Shown in pieces: positions 26,195 through 35,200 of a stretch of 64,000 nucleotides of DNA. This DNA is from a virus (Duplodnaviria; Caudoviricetes). The stretch is from the IMG/VR virus record IMGVR_UViG_3300025707_000003, positions 141,704-205,703 of that record; one strand, given 5' to 3'. Made by a program: the position numbers and the translations under genes. Under the pieces are notes generated by a model. It saw only the letters and a list, made by a program, of their open reading frames with translations. It had not been told where the DNA came from and made no database searches. How positions within the stretch are numbered: the first letter of the stretch is position 1; each line of letters opens with the position of its first letter.

Positions 26195-27299
26195 GAGGCT
26201 TCATACAAGGCTCAACTAGACCACCAAAGTCATCGGTATGATCGCATTTGTGAGTACAGGAGATGAGAGCCTTGACATGAAACAGACAACCGTCCTTATG
26301 GTTCTTTTCTGTTTCAAAGAGTCTTACTGCTTTCAAGGCATACCTAGTATAGCGACCGTCAATCTGATTAAGAGCATCAAGTCGGTCTTGATCTATATCC
26401 ACAGGGATTATTACATAATCCTCTCGCTTCTTTTGGGTCAACACGATGTTTCGTGCGACCATGTCTCGGTACACCTCATAGCTACCCTTCACTTCATTTA
26501 AAGTCATCTCGATAGGGTCAAAGGAAGCACTCTTGCGAAGCTCTCTCAGATCATAGCTCGGTTGAGTGTCCTTTTCTACCTCTTGAGTCTCCATATTGCC
26601 CTCTACAGGCAGTTCGATCTCAAGGGTAGGTTCTACCACCTCTTGAACCTCAACAGGCTCTACAGGAGCAACCTCAACCTCAACCTCAACAGGCTCTTGC
26701 TCTTGCTCTGCAACAGGCTCAAGTGTAGTCGTGCTTACCTGCACACTTGAAGTGATGTACCCATCCTCTACTTTATCAAGAGAGATGCGGTAGTCCTTAG
26801 ACCCACCGACATTCTCCACCAACTCATTTGTGGTAGTGTCGATGTGGGCTTCGATGACAGCTGGGTTGTCCACCTCAACAGGGACATGAGTTTCCTCGAC
26901 CTCTTGAGTTTCCTCGACCTCAAGGGTAGGCTCGACCACAGTTTCGACCACAGGCTCAACCTTTTTAGCCTTAGCCTTCTTAGCCTTAGCCTTAGCCTTA
27001 GCCTTAGCAGGGATTGTGGTAAGGTCAAAGTCGGGGTGGTAGTACCCACGCTTATGGGTGATAAGTTCACCACTCTTTTTAAGTTCCTGTATGCAGTCAT
27101 AGACCTTGACCTGTACGACAGACCAATTGTGCTTACTCTTGGTCATGCCGAACTGATCTACGAGAACAGGATTAGCATCACAGTACAGTGTCTCTAACTG
27201 TCCTGTACTCTCGCCTGGGTTCGCCTGTACTAGAGCAGGAAGTTCAGCTCGGATACGAGTCTTGAGGTTTTCGATGTCTTGCTTTGTGTAGGTAGCCAT
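26109..27299 (-). CDS. Protein with Ala-Lys repeat and long Glu/Val/Pro/Thr acidic linker
   Basis: Start MATYTK at 27299 after AAGGAG; PAKAKAKAKAKKAKAKK; C-terminal Cys/His-rich domain. Confidence 0.8.
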   Translation of the reverse strand: MATYTKQDIENLKTRIRAELPALVQANPGESTGQLETLYCDANPVLVDQFGMTKSKHNWSVVQVKVYDCIQELKKSGELITHKRGYYHPDFDLTTIPAKAKAKAKAKKAKAKKVEPVVETVVEPTLEVEETQEVEETHVPVEVDNPAVIEAHIDTTTNELVENVGGSKDYRISLDKVEDGYITSSVQVSTTTLEPVAEQEQEPVEVEVEVAPVEPVEVQEVVEPTLEIELPVEGNMETQEVEKDTQPSYDLRELRKSASFDPIEMTLNEVKGSYEVYRDMVARNIVLTQKKREDYVIIPVDIDQDRLDALNQIDGRYTRYALKAVRLFETEKNHKDGCLFHVKALISCTHKCDHTDDFGGLVEPCMKPLDCPLQSIWGGVAIYVNKLYHKYNPQDS

Positions 27300-27337
27300 G
27301 TTGTTCTCCTTAGTGAGTGTGGGCTGATTACATAGAG

Positions 27338-27355
27338 TTATAAATAGGGGGTTAC
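27338..27355 (-). promoter_or_regulatory. GTAACCCC promoter motif variant
   Basis: GTAACCCCCTATTTATAA upstream of 27299. Confidence 0.7.
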
Positions 27356-27375
27356 AGCGAAGCACCCGATGAGGA

Positions 27376-27981
27376 CTATAGGGTAGGGTTGTCAATCCCA
27401 TTCACAGTCGCTGAAGCAGGGAGTTTGTACTGTCTCCATTTACGACTGGTGAGGTCTAACTCACGACTGATAGCGTTCTTGATTTGGACATGAAGACCAC
27501 TTTTAGTCTTTCTCGCATCTCCGTTGGGATCAGCCGAGAGAACACGCTCTCCGATGATGATTCCACGAACATGGACATCACCTGTTCCATCGTGGATAGA
27601 GACACCCTTCACACCTGCTGGATGATCGCTGTAAGCCTCAAGATGAGAGTTGTCATCGTTAGACCCTGTGGCTGACTGACGGAGTGCTGTCAGCAGACCT
27701 TTCTTGCGTGGCTGATCCCCATCGAGAGCGAGATCAAAGTCAAGATCGGTAAAGACCAACCCACGATCCTCAAGATCCACCTTGAGCTTGGCTCGATCAG
27801 CCGACTCTACCTTGACCATATCCATAGCGGCGATGGTCTTGTGGTCAGTACCCACGAGCATCGACACCTCGACAGTATGCCTCCCTCTGACAGTGCCTCC
27901 GTCTTTCTTGAGGTCAGCCTTGCCCGACTTGGTTGTAGTGAAAGTTAAAGTTGTGTTTGGTGTTGCTGTGATGTTCTGCAT
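27376..27981 (-). CDS. Hypothetical protein (paralog of 29130..29651)
   Basis: 201 aa, RBS AAAGGAG; shared VRG(I/V)I and I(K/R)N.I...L.L motifs. Confidence 0.75.
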   Translation of the reverse strand: MQNITATPNTTLTFTTTKSGKADLKKDGGTVRGRHTVEVSMLVGTDHKTIAAMDMVKVESADRAKLKVDLEDRGLVFTDLDFDLALDGDQPRKKGLLTALRQSATGSNDDNSHLEAYSDHPAGVKGVSIHDGTGDVHVRGIIIGERVLSADPNGDARKTKSGLHVQIKNAISRELDLTSRKWRQYKLPASATVNGIDNPTL

Positions 27982-28066
27982 GGGAGTCTCCTTTCAAGAG
28001 ATGTGGTTTGCAGTTTGAAATGATTATATGATTGCTGGTAAATGTTTCCTAGCCTCTCACACTAGG

Positions 28067-28084
28067 ATATATTTAAGGGGTTAC
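28067..28084 (-). promoter_or_regulatory. GTAACCCCTT promoter motif
   Basis: GTAACCCCTTAAATATAT just after the stop of 28088..28360. Confidence 0.75.
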
Positions 28085-28087
28085 AGC

Positions 28088-28360
28088 TTACGCTCCCCCG
28101 ACTCGCTCTAACAGAGATGTTTGAGCGTTCTCGATCAGCTCTGCCTTGTTCTTCGCCTCATAAGAGTGGAGGACATCGAGTTTGTTCTCACGATTGAGAG
28201 AGGCATAGTAAGCAGACACCTTAGATCGTACTGCCTTAACTGTGGGCTTTTCCTCAGCCTCTCCCATTAAGAGAGAGAAGCTGAGAGAGCTGATGATGTC
28301 GCTGATTCTGTTAGAAGCCTCTGAGTAGGTTAAAAGTGCGTTCATGTCTTTAGTCTCCAT
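28088..28360 (-). CDS. Small hypothetical protein
   Basis: 90 aa, RBS GGAG. Confidence 0.7.
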   Translation of the reverse strand: METKDMNALLTYSEASNRISDIISSLSFSLLMGEAEEKPTVKAVRSKVSAYYASLNRENKLDVLHSYEAKNKAELIENAQTSLLERVGGA

Positions 28361-28397
28361 TGGGAGTTAGGGGTGAGGATCGTTCCTCATATAATGG

Positions 28398-28473
28398 TAT
28401 AGATAAGGGGTTACGCTTCAGTCAAGTATTTGATTTACTTAGCAAAAGCGTGTAGCGTAACCCCTTCTCTATT
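28398..28473. promoter_or_regulatory. Divergent promoter pair
   Basis: Minus copy 28398-28414 and plus copy 28457-28473; AAGGGGTTACGCT / AGCGTAACCCCTT 13-bp inverted repeat. Confidence 0.75.
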
Positions 28474-28523
28474 ACCTAACATGAAGGCAATCAAGCCCCA
28501 CCACCACTCCCAAAGGAGAAAAA

Positions 28524-28913
28524 ATGAAACCACAAACAAAGACTAGACTAGACGAGATAGAGAGTACCGACCACAAACAAAGTGGCTTCCTCTCTTGCGG
28601 GGGAGATGAGTATCAGATCTCTTGTGGAGAGGCAAAATGGGAAGTGGATAACGCTCTAGCTCTAGCACAGCTCCTCATGTTAATCGAGGAGGATGAAGAA
28701 ATTCAATCATTTTCCATCTTGAGCGGAGCGAATGGCTATGACCATGTTTTTACCCGCTCCAAGTCAGGATGGCTCATACAGGATCATCATCTGGTCAATG
28801 GGGTTTGGTTTCAAGAAACCACACGCTCTCCTGTCTCAATGCCTTTTCTCATTGACTCTTATCCCGATGATTGGGATGAGTTGGATTGGTGGTGCGAAAA
28901 AGGGGAAGCGTAA
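28524..28913 (+). CDS. Hypothetical protein
   Basis: 129 aa, RBS AAAGGAG. Confidence 0.75.
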   Translation: MKPQTKTRLDEIESTDHKQSGFLSCGGDEYQISCGEAKWEVDNALALAQLLMLIEEDEEIQSFSILSGANGYDHVFTRSKSGWLIQDHHLVNGVWFQETTRSPVSMPFLIDSYPDDWDELDWWCEKGEA

Positions 28914-28927
28914 CCCCTTATCTATAA
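28910..28927 (+). promoter_or_regulatory. GTAACCCCTTAT promoter motif
   Basis: Its TAA is the stop of 28524..28913. Confidence 0.75.
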
Positions 28928-28973
28928 CTTAACATGAAGGCAATCAAGCCCAACTCTCATAAAGGAGACTTTC

Positions 28974-29117
28974 ATGAAAAACTTCCCAACAAAGCATTTG
29001 AAGAAGGTCGCTAAAGCTACTCTTGTCTCACTGAGACCAGGGCCTCGCCCCAACCCTTTTATAAAGAAAGAGGAAGAGGAAATTCCTCACAGCCTTATCA
29101 CCAAGATTATTAAATAA
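28974..29117 (+). CDS. 47-aa small protein (below track cutoff)
   Basis: MKNFPTKHLKKVAKATLVSLRPGPRPNPFIKKEEEEIPHSLITKIIK, RBS AAAGGAG, behind a promoter motif. Confidence 0.65.
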   Translation: MKNFPTKHLKKVAKATLVSLRPGPRPNPFIKKEEEEIPHSLITKIIK

Positions 29118-29129
29118 AGGAGAACCACC

Positions 29130-29651
29130 ATGACTAACCACCCAAGAGTAAAACTGTCAAGAATCAACGGAGACAACAAATACTCTGTCATCCTCGACAT
29201 GACCATCTCATACAAAGAGGTTCTTAACGAGCGTCTTAATCGCCTCAACGCTTTCGTTGCCGAGAACAGCCTTGAGAGTGCAACTCGCCTCATCAATGAG
29301 GCAGGTGTGGCCTGCACGACTAAGGATGTGGACAAGGTGATCTTTGGTAGCAAGGGTCTTATCCCTAGCACCATCGCTTCTCTTAATGGGAATAATACGA
29401 ACCGTCCTAAGAGCTACAGTGGCAAGCTCACTCGCAGAGATGGAAGCCCCCACTTCATCGACCAAAACGGAACAGAGTTTGTCCGAGGTGTCATCGTTGA
29501 TGGACACTACCCACAGAAGACTCCAACCCATCTCTTCACAGCGATCCGAAACTGCATCGAGTCTAACTTGAACCTCCCACGCTACATCCGTCATGAGATC
29601 CAAGAGCATGACGAGACTGTGGATCGTGATGAGAACAACAACCCTCAGTAA
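29130..29651 (+). CDS. Hypothetical protein (paralog of 27376..27981)
   Basis: 173 aa, RBS AAAGGAG. Confidence 0.75.
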   Translation: MTNHPRVKLSRINGDNKYSVILDMTISYKEVLNERLNRLNAFVAENSLESATRLINEAGVACTTKDVDKVIFGSKGLIPSTIASLNGNNTNRPKSYSGKLTRRDGSPHFIDQNGTEFVRGVIVDGHYPQKTPTHLFTAIRNCIESNLNLPRYIRHEIQEHDETVDRDENNNPQ

Positions 29652-29725
29652 GAGAGCCACCACATGACGCTCAAGCTCATCGTACTAATGATTATCAGAA
29701 CGGCTCTGCCTAAAGGAGAAGAACA

Positions 29726-29818
29726 ATGCTCTCAACGATCTTAGACATCGCGGGTGTAGCGAGCATCTGCCTCATCGGGATTTTCATCGTCAGCTACTAT
29801 CGCACGAAGAACCTGTAA
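29726..29818 (+). CDS. 30-aa single-TM peptide (below track cutoff)
   Basis: MLSTILDIAGVASICLIGIFIVSYYRTKNL, RBS AAAGGAG. Confidence 0.65.
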   Translation: MLSTILDIAGVASICLIGIFIVSYYRTKNL

Positions 29819-29832
29819 CCCCTTATCTATAA
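29815..29832 (+). promoter_or_regulatory. GTAACCCCTTAT promoter motif
   Basis: Its TAA is the stop of 29726..29818; followed by the GAGGAACGATCCTC hairpin. Confidence 0.75.
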
Positions 29833-29874
29833 CCATACATGAGGAACGATCCTCAACTCTTTAAAGGAGAAACA

Positions 29875-30102
29875 ATGACCACTACTAGAACACCCCTAAG
29901 CCTTAAACTCGATAAGTTAGAGGGTACACCTCTCAAGGCGATGCTGTGGCACTTGAATGAGGCTGTTAACGGCCCATACATCACCGAAAAGAACATGAAA
30001 GGCTGTACAGACCTCGCTATCAACGAAGCTCTCAGTCTCCTCAAGAAAGAGAGCGAGTCAATGTTCGATGAAGTATCCTCGCAAATGGGAGTAAAAGCAT
30101 GA
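29875..30102 (+). CDS. Small hypothetical protein
   Basis: ATG 29875 after AAAGGAG. Confidence 0.7.
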   Translation: MTTTRTPLSLKLDKLEGTPLKAMLWHLNEAVNGPYITEKNMKGCTDLAINEALSLLKKESESMFDEVSSQMGVKA

Positions 30103-30275
30103 GCATCAAAAGACATCTATCAGTTCTGTTCTACCGAGAGCGTTGCCAGAGGGAGACACTGACCTCAATGCTCGAAAAGTTAAATGAGCAAGAGGCTCAT
30201 GCTCTATGGAGACTACTCCAAGAGAAAGAGCAACAAGCTAACCGAGCGAAAAGTAAAGCCAATCGAGGCTGGTAA
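30099..30275 (+). CDS. 58-aa small protein (below track cutoff)
   Basis: MSIKRHLSVLFYRERCQ...NRGW, ATGA coupling, RBS GGAG. Confidence 0.6.
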   Translation: MSIKRHLSVLFYRERCQRETLTSMLEKLNEQEAHALWRLLQEKEQQANRAKSKANRGW

Positions 30276-30357
30276 AAAGTATTTAAAAGTTTTGTCCGAT
30301 TCTCAATGTTCAAGTCGTTAGAGATATCAACACTACTCGTAAAGAGAGAGAACAGTT

Positions 30358-30930
30358 ATGGTAAACATCATCAAGCCAGAGTTTCTAAAGTGGAACTCAA
30401 ACAATTCTAAAGAACACTTCGACATGAACTTCGACATGAACTCATGGGAGACAGGTGGTGAGACTTTTTTCAATGTGTTCAAATCAGAGACTTTCAATCT
30501 CTGCACTTACAGTAGAGTAAAGAAAGAATATGTTCTTGAGACCGAAGGCGTAAACATCATCAGCCAAGAGCAAAAGTCTCAAGAGATGCCATTCTTCGAT
30601 GACTCTGAGGATGAGATCATATCTGAACAACACGAGATCGAAATCGAATGGTTGATCACTGATCCTAAAGGTCATGTCTTTATCACTGTTGACGATAAAC
30701 GAGTAGGCATCGAATGGGCTGACAGAAGGATCAAGGATCTACAAGGGAATGAAGCAAGACTGATACCTAGTGAACCGTATCGAGTAGAAGAGATCCTTAC
30801 ATCAGATGAACATGATACCCTCATCGAAATCAAACGACTCGCCCGTTTAAGAGATATGTCAACAGGCAAGACTCGTGAAATGTTAACCTTCAAAATTCTA
30901 GGTTTGAGTGTAATAAATGAAAGACTTTAG
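30358..30930 (+). CDS. Hypothetical protein (tandem paralog 1)
   Basis: Shares W...DL.G..A.L...Y(R/K)(V/I)EEILT with the next gene. Confidence 0.75.
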   Translation: MVNIIKPEFLKWNSNNSKEHFDMNFDMNSWETGGETFFNVFKSETFNLCTYSRVKKEYVLETEGVNIISQEQKSQEMPFFDDSEDEIISEQHEIEIEWLITDPKGHVFITVDDKRVGIEWADRRIKDLQGNEARLIPSEPYRVEEILTSDEHDTLIEIKRLARLRDMSTGKTREMLTFKILGLSVINERL

Positions 30931-31501
30931 AACCTTCGGTCGGGGTGGTTGTGAATGGGGCGATTGGGAGGAATCAGCGTTCGATTGCGACTCACCCAAT
31001 GATCGAAATGGGGCGTGTGCATACTTCGATTCCTGGCCTGAGTGTTCTGCCATGCAGTTCAGAGTATGGCACATAAAAGAAGATCTACACATAGAACTCA
31101 AAGGTGAAGGGTTTAAAGTCACCGATACAAAGACCAAGTTCTTTCCAGATGATTGCGAAGGGAAAGACTGTAACTCGTACCTTACCACTATCGTCTTTCA
31201 GATTATCGAACCTCAAGGAAGGACTGAGGTCGTCATACCTTCGGAAGATATTTTCCAAGATGAGTGTGTTATCAAGTGGGATAAAAAATATCTCTATGAC
31301 CTCGATGGTCAAAAAGCAAAACTCGATATAAAATCTGTTGACCACTATAAGATCGAAGAGATCCTAACTGCTAAACAAAGAAAAAACTACGCTCTACAGG
31401 ACAGAACTATCAAGCTAAAAAAGATCGTTCGCAAGATGGGCAGATACGACATCAGTTCTCAAATAGATATAGCAAGGATGTGTGGAGACTTTAATTTTTA
31501 G
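30917..31501 (+). CDS. Hypothetical protein (tandem paralog 2)
   Basis: YDLDGQKAKL...YKIEEILT. Confidence 0.75.
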   Translation: MKDFRTFGRGGCEWGDWEESAFDCDSPNDRNGACAYFDSWPECSAMQFRVWHIKEDLHIELKGEGFKVTDTKTKFFPDDCEGKDCNSYLTTIVFQIIEPQGRTEVVIPSEDIFQDECVIKWDKKYLYDLDGQKAKLDIKSVDHYKIEEILTAKQRKNYALQDRTIKLKKIVRKMGRYDISSQIDIARMCGDFNF

Positions 31502-31698
31502 TCGCCCACCATTTAAATAATAACTACCGTAAAACCCATTTCCAGATTTTAAAACCCAAAATCTTTCTGGGTTTAATCTTAATAGTTGTTTTATTGTTTG
31601 TGTGGTAGAATGCACCACAACACACAGACCTACATACATCTTGCGTGTGTTGTAAGTCTGACAACATTAAGTTTTCTTCTAATAGGGGTTCACATAGT
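31502..31698. other. AT-rich, hairpin-rich intergenic region at a GC-skew switch
   Basis: AAAACCCA at 31531 and 31551; AAACCCA/TGGGTTT, TGTGGT/ACCACA and ACAACACAC/GTGTGTTGT inverted repeats. Confidence 0.65.
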
Positions 31699-32247
31699 AT
31701 GCCAGTACCAGGAGCAGTGAGTGGAGCGATCATGGCTTCCTCTAGTAGTAAGACCCCACAAATGGCTCAGATAGCACAGGGTGTAGAGCTTGGTTTATAT
31801 CAGTGGTTATTAGCGAGTACAGTACAAGGTGTGGCTCAAGGCACAGTAGGTAGTGGTGTATGTGTAGGCTCAATGGTGGTAGTGCCTAATGCACCTTTAA
31901 TGGAGACAGCCTTTAAGAGTAATCTGTTAGTGGGTGTCTTTGCACCTGTCATGTGGGTTCCGATTATGCTTGGCATAAGTCAGCCTTATTTTTTTGGAGG
32001 TGCAGTAGCAGGTGTAGGTGTTGGTTCATTTGTAGGGGGGATAGTGGGCGACCCTATTTTATTAACACAGTTGTTAGTGAGTAGTTTCACGAGTGTTGGT
32101 ATTGTAGGATTAGAAGTACCTCGTATATGTAGTGCTTTAGGGCAAGGGATCAGTTCACACTTTTTAACAACCGTAGCGAATGGTGTAGTAGCAGGAGTTC
32201 CTGGTCCCTCAGCATCAGCCACAGGATTTGTAGGGAGATTTATATGA
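31699..32247 (+). CDS. Gly/Val-rich putative virion protein
   Basis: Start MPVPGAV at 31699; coupled to the 3039-aa gene. Confidence 0.7.
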   Translation: MPVPGAVSGAIMASSSSKTPQMAQIAQGVELGLYQWLLASTVQGVAQGTVGSGVCVGSMVVVPNAPLMETAFKSNLLVGVFAPVMWVPIMLGISQPYFFGGAVAGVGVGSFVGGIVGDPILLTQLLVSSFTSVGIVGLEVPRICSALGQGISSHFLTTVANGVVAGVPGPSASATGFVGRFI

Positions 32248-35200
32248 GTAAGATTATATTAGATGTTCGTAGTGGAGAGCGTAATGACAGTACTACGGGT
32301 TTATGTCTACGGGTAGTAGATGCTAGTGTGGTAGAGGTAGATGGTCGTTGGGAGCGTGTGGGTCGTGATCTATATGAGATAGGTAGTAGTTGCGGAGCAG
32401 TAGAGTCTTATGCTCTGATTTCTAGTGGGGATGGTGAGATAGGTTCGGAGAGTGTGGGGGTTAGTTTTGAGAAGTTATTTGAGGATGCGATTGATGGAGT
32501 CTATTATTACTTAACGAACAGTCGTGTATGGTTAAGTTCGGTAAGGGATGAGAATGGTGCAGTCTTAGATCATTTCTTTGGTGGGACGGTGGTTCATTCA
32601 GTTCGTTCAGATTTGGACACAGATAATTTGGAGGGTACAGGAGTATGTGGTGGTTTATTTTGGTGGAGTCGTAATGATGTGAGTCGGACTAGGTTTTCAT
32701 ATGAGAACAGGGGTTGGTCATTATTGAGGGGAGGTGCTGGTAGTATAGTTGGAGAGGTAGGTAGTGAGGACGACATTATAGCTGGGTTAGAGGGTGAGTT
32801 AAGGATAGGTGGGGGTAATGTAGCGGAAGTATCTGTTACGGTGTATGAGATAGGCACTGAGGGAGTGTTCCCTGTGGTGTCCGAGGGATCTGAGGAAGAT
32901 GCGTTTAATGGTGGTGTGGAGGGTGTAGTTTTAAACCCATCGGGCAAGGTTTTATTTAAGGAAGGGAGTGATCATGTTGGTAAGGAGATCTTGTATATAT
33001 CTGGTACGCTTGGTGATTTTGAATCGAATGTTGTAGGGGAGCAGGATTATTTATCTCCGAAGCCGAGATTGAATGAGCGACCTTTATTGCGAGTGGCTGG
33101 ATATGGTTATAGCGATGTAGAGTTTGTGGCTACCGAAGCTCAATTGGTTGATGCTGAATATGGGAAAGTGAAGGTGGCGTTGGATAGTGGTCGTATTTTG
33201 TCTAGTGGGCAACCTGTGATTTATGATGGTTTGGTTTTATGTGATGCCCCTATTGGGGTGGGTGCAGGAGTAGACGGATTAACACCCGTAGAGAAGATGG
33301 ATATACCAGATGGTTCGGGATTAGAGCCTAGTGGTGTGGCGAGTTCATTTGATCCGACAGGTGTGGGTTTAAAATGGGATTACAGATATGAGCGAATGTA
33401 TGTTCGTTTAGTGGAGGCGGGTCGTACATTACCAGTGGAGCTAGTAGAGAGGCTACCTAAGAGGTTATCGGTACATCGAGGTTATTTAGTACAAGGCACA
33501 ACGAGTGTTGTATTGAGTCGTGCTTGGTCTAATCAGACGAAGAAGATTTTCGGTGGTCATGTAGCTTTAAACAGAGGGGGATTAAAGCACATGAGTATTT
33601 TGAGGCTCACAGGTACTGGTTCATTTAAGGTGGATGGTGCAGTGGTATCGTTTACAGGGGAGAATGTGGTTGGATCTGGAGTATCTGTAGTAGACGGTTA
33701 TTTGGTAGTGGACTCTGGATCTATTGTAGATCATCCATCAACGACAGAAGAGTTTGAGTCATTAAGGTCTATTGGTCTTGTGCCGAGTTCGAGTCTTGAG
33801 ACAGGTCTTGAGTTTGTTCTGACTCGATCATCAGTTAAGGGTTATTATTCTTTTGATGAGGAGAAGGTAGCGGACATAAGTGGTAGCACAGCATTTCAGT
33901 TTTTACAGTTTGAGCCTCGTGTGGATTTCTCAGGTTATGAATCTGGCAAGTTTTTCAAGATAGGAGATAAGGTACTTGGAGATACGGACATCGAGCCAGC
34001 TTTTGGTGGCAACCCAAATGGTTTCCATTGGATTGTAGGTCGTACAGTAAGTTCTAAGGTGAACCAAGAGACATCACGCTTGGCTTTAGGTGCTGGATTA
34101 AGGGTAGGCACAACATCTATCACGATCACCCAAGAGCAGATGAATGGTTCTATATCGACTCAGCCTTTAACAGAGGGAGTTGACTATGACTTGCCGAGTG
34201 ATGGGTTAGAGGGTCAAGCTCGTTTAATCAGTCGTCTAGGTTCAGAGGTTTTATCGGGGCAAAAGGTTGGTTCATTAGTAGGTGTAGATTTAGACTTATC
34301 CGTAGGAGTGGATGCTACGCAAGTGAGACAGGGAGATTTCTTTTATGACGGGTTAAACTATTTTAAGATCGTTGCGATTACAGGCACAGTGATCACACTT
34401 AGTTCAGCGTTGGGTATTCAGCTTGGGAGATGGAAGATTTACAGAGGTTATAGAGAGGGGTTGGAGGAAACCGAGACACCCGATCCTACAAAGGTAGTGG
34501 GAGAGATTTTAGATGACCTACCTGTGTTGGATCGTAAGGCAGTAGAGATATACAAGGTGTATGGAACGCTTGCTTTTGACAAGGTGTTGCCTAGCTCAAC
34601 TTTATTTATCCGTAAGGGAGATGACTCTTATCCTCTGACAGTCTTGAGGGATGATGTGTTGTTATCCCCTTATGAGTTGAGTGGTGATCACTACACGAGT
34701 GGATCATATCGCATTAAGGTAGGAGAAATAGAATACGAAGCAGGTGTAGGCCATACCAAAGAAGGTGAGGTTGTAGAGAAGGGTTTTACAGTCACAGATA
34801 ACAGGGTTGTTTTTGAAAGCCCTATGGGAGTAGCGAACAGCAGTTGGGTAGATGGTGAGGTGATCTTTGTAAGGAAACCTCGTAGTGGATTGGTTGATAC
34901 AGCCGAGATGGATTTGAGTTTAACGCTGACGACCCCATTTGACCCAGACCCATTTGATGATTTCTTAGAGTTGTTAGCGAACCCAAGATTTGAAGCAACG
35001 AGTGGAGCGATTAGTTTTGAAGATCCTTTAGAGGTAGGTGTTGGTGTAGAGGTATCTTATACGCCAACAGATGATCCTGATGGGGTACGCATCATTGAAG
35101 CGATGGGATTTGTGGTAATTCAAGAAGAGGCTACAAGGGTTAATGGTTTTGAGTTTACTTACAACCCTACAGGTAAAGAGGTAGAGTTATTAGCATCACC

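Noticed and set aside
9541-29854. GTAACCCC repeats as a degenerate CRISPR array or attC integron
   Set aside because: Spacing is gene-sized and irregular, orientation follows the genes, each copy precedes an RBS, and no integrase is visible.
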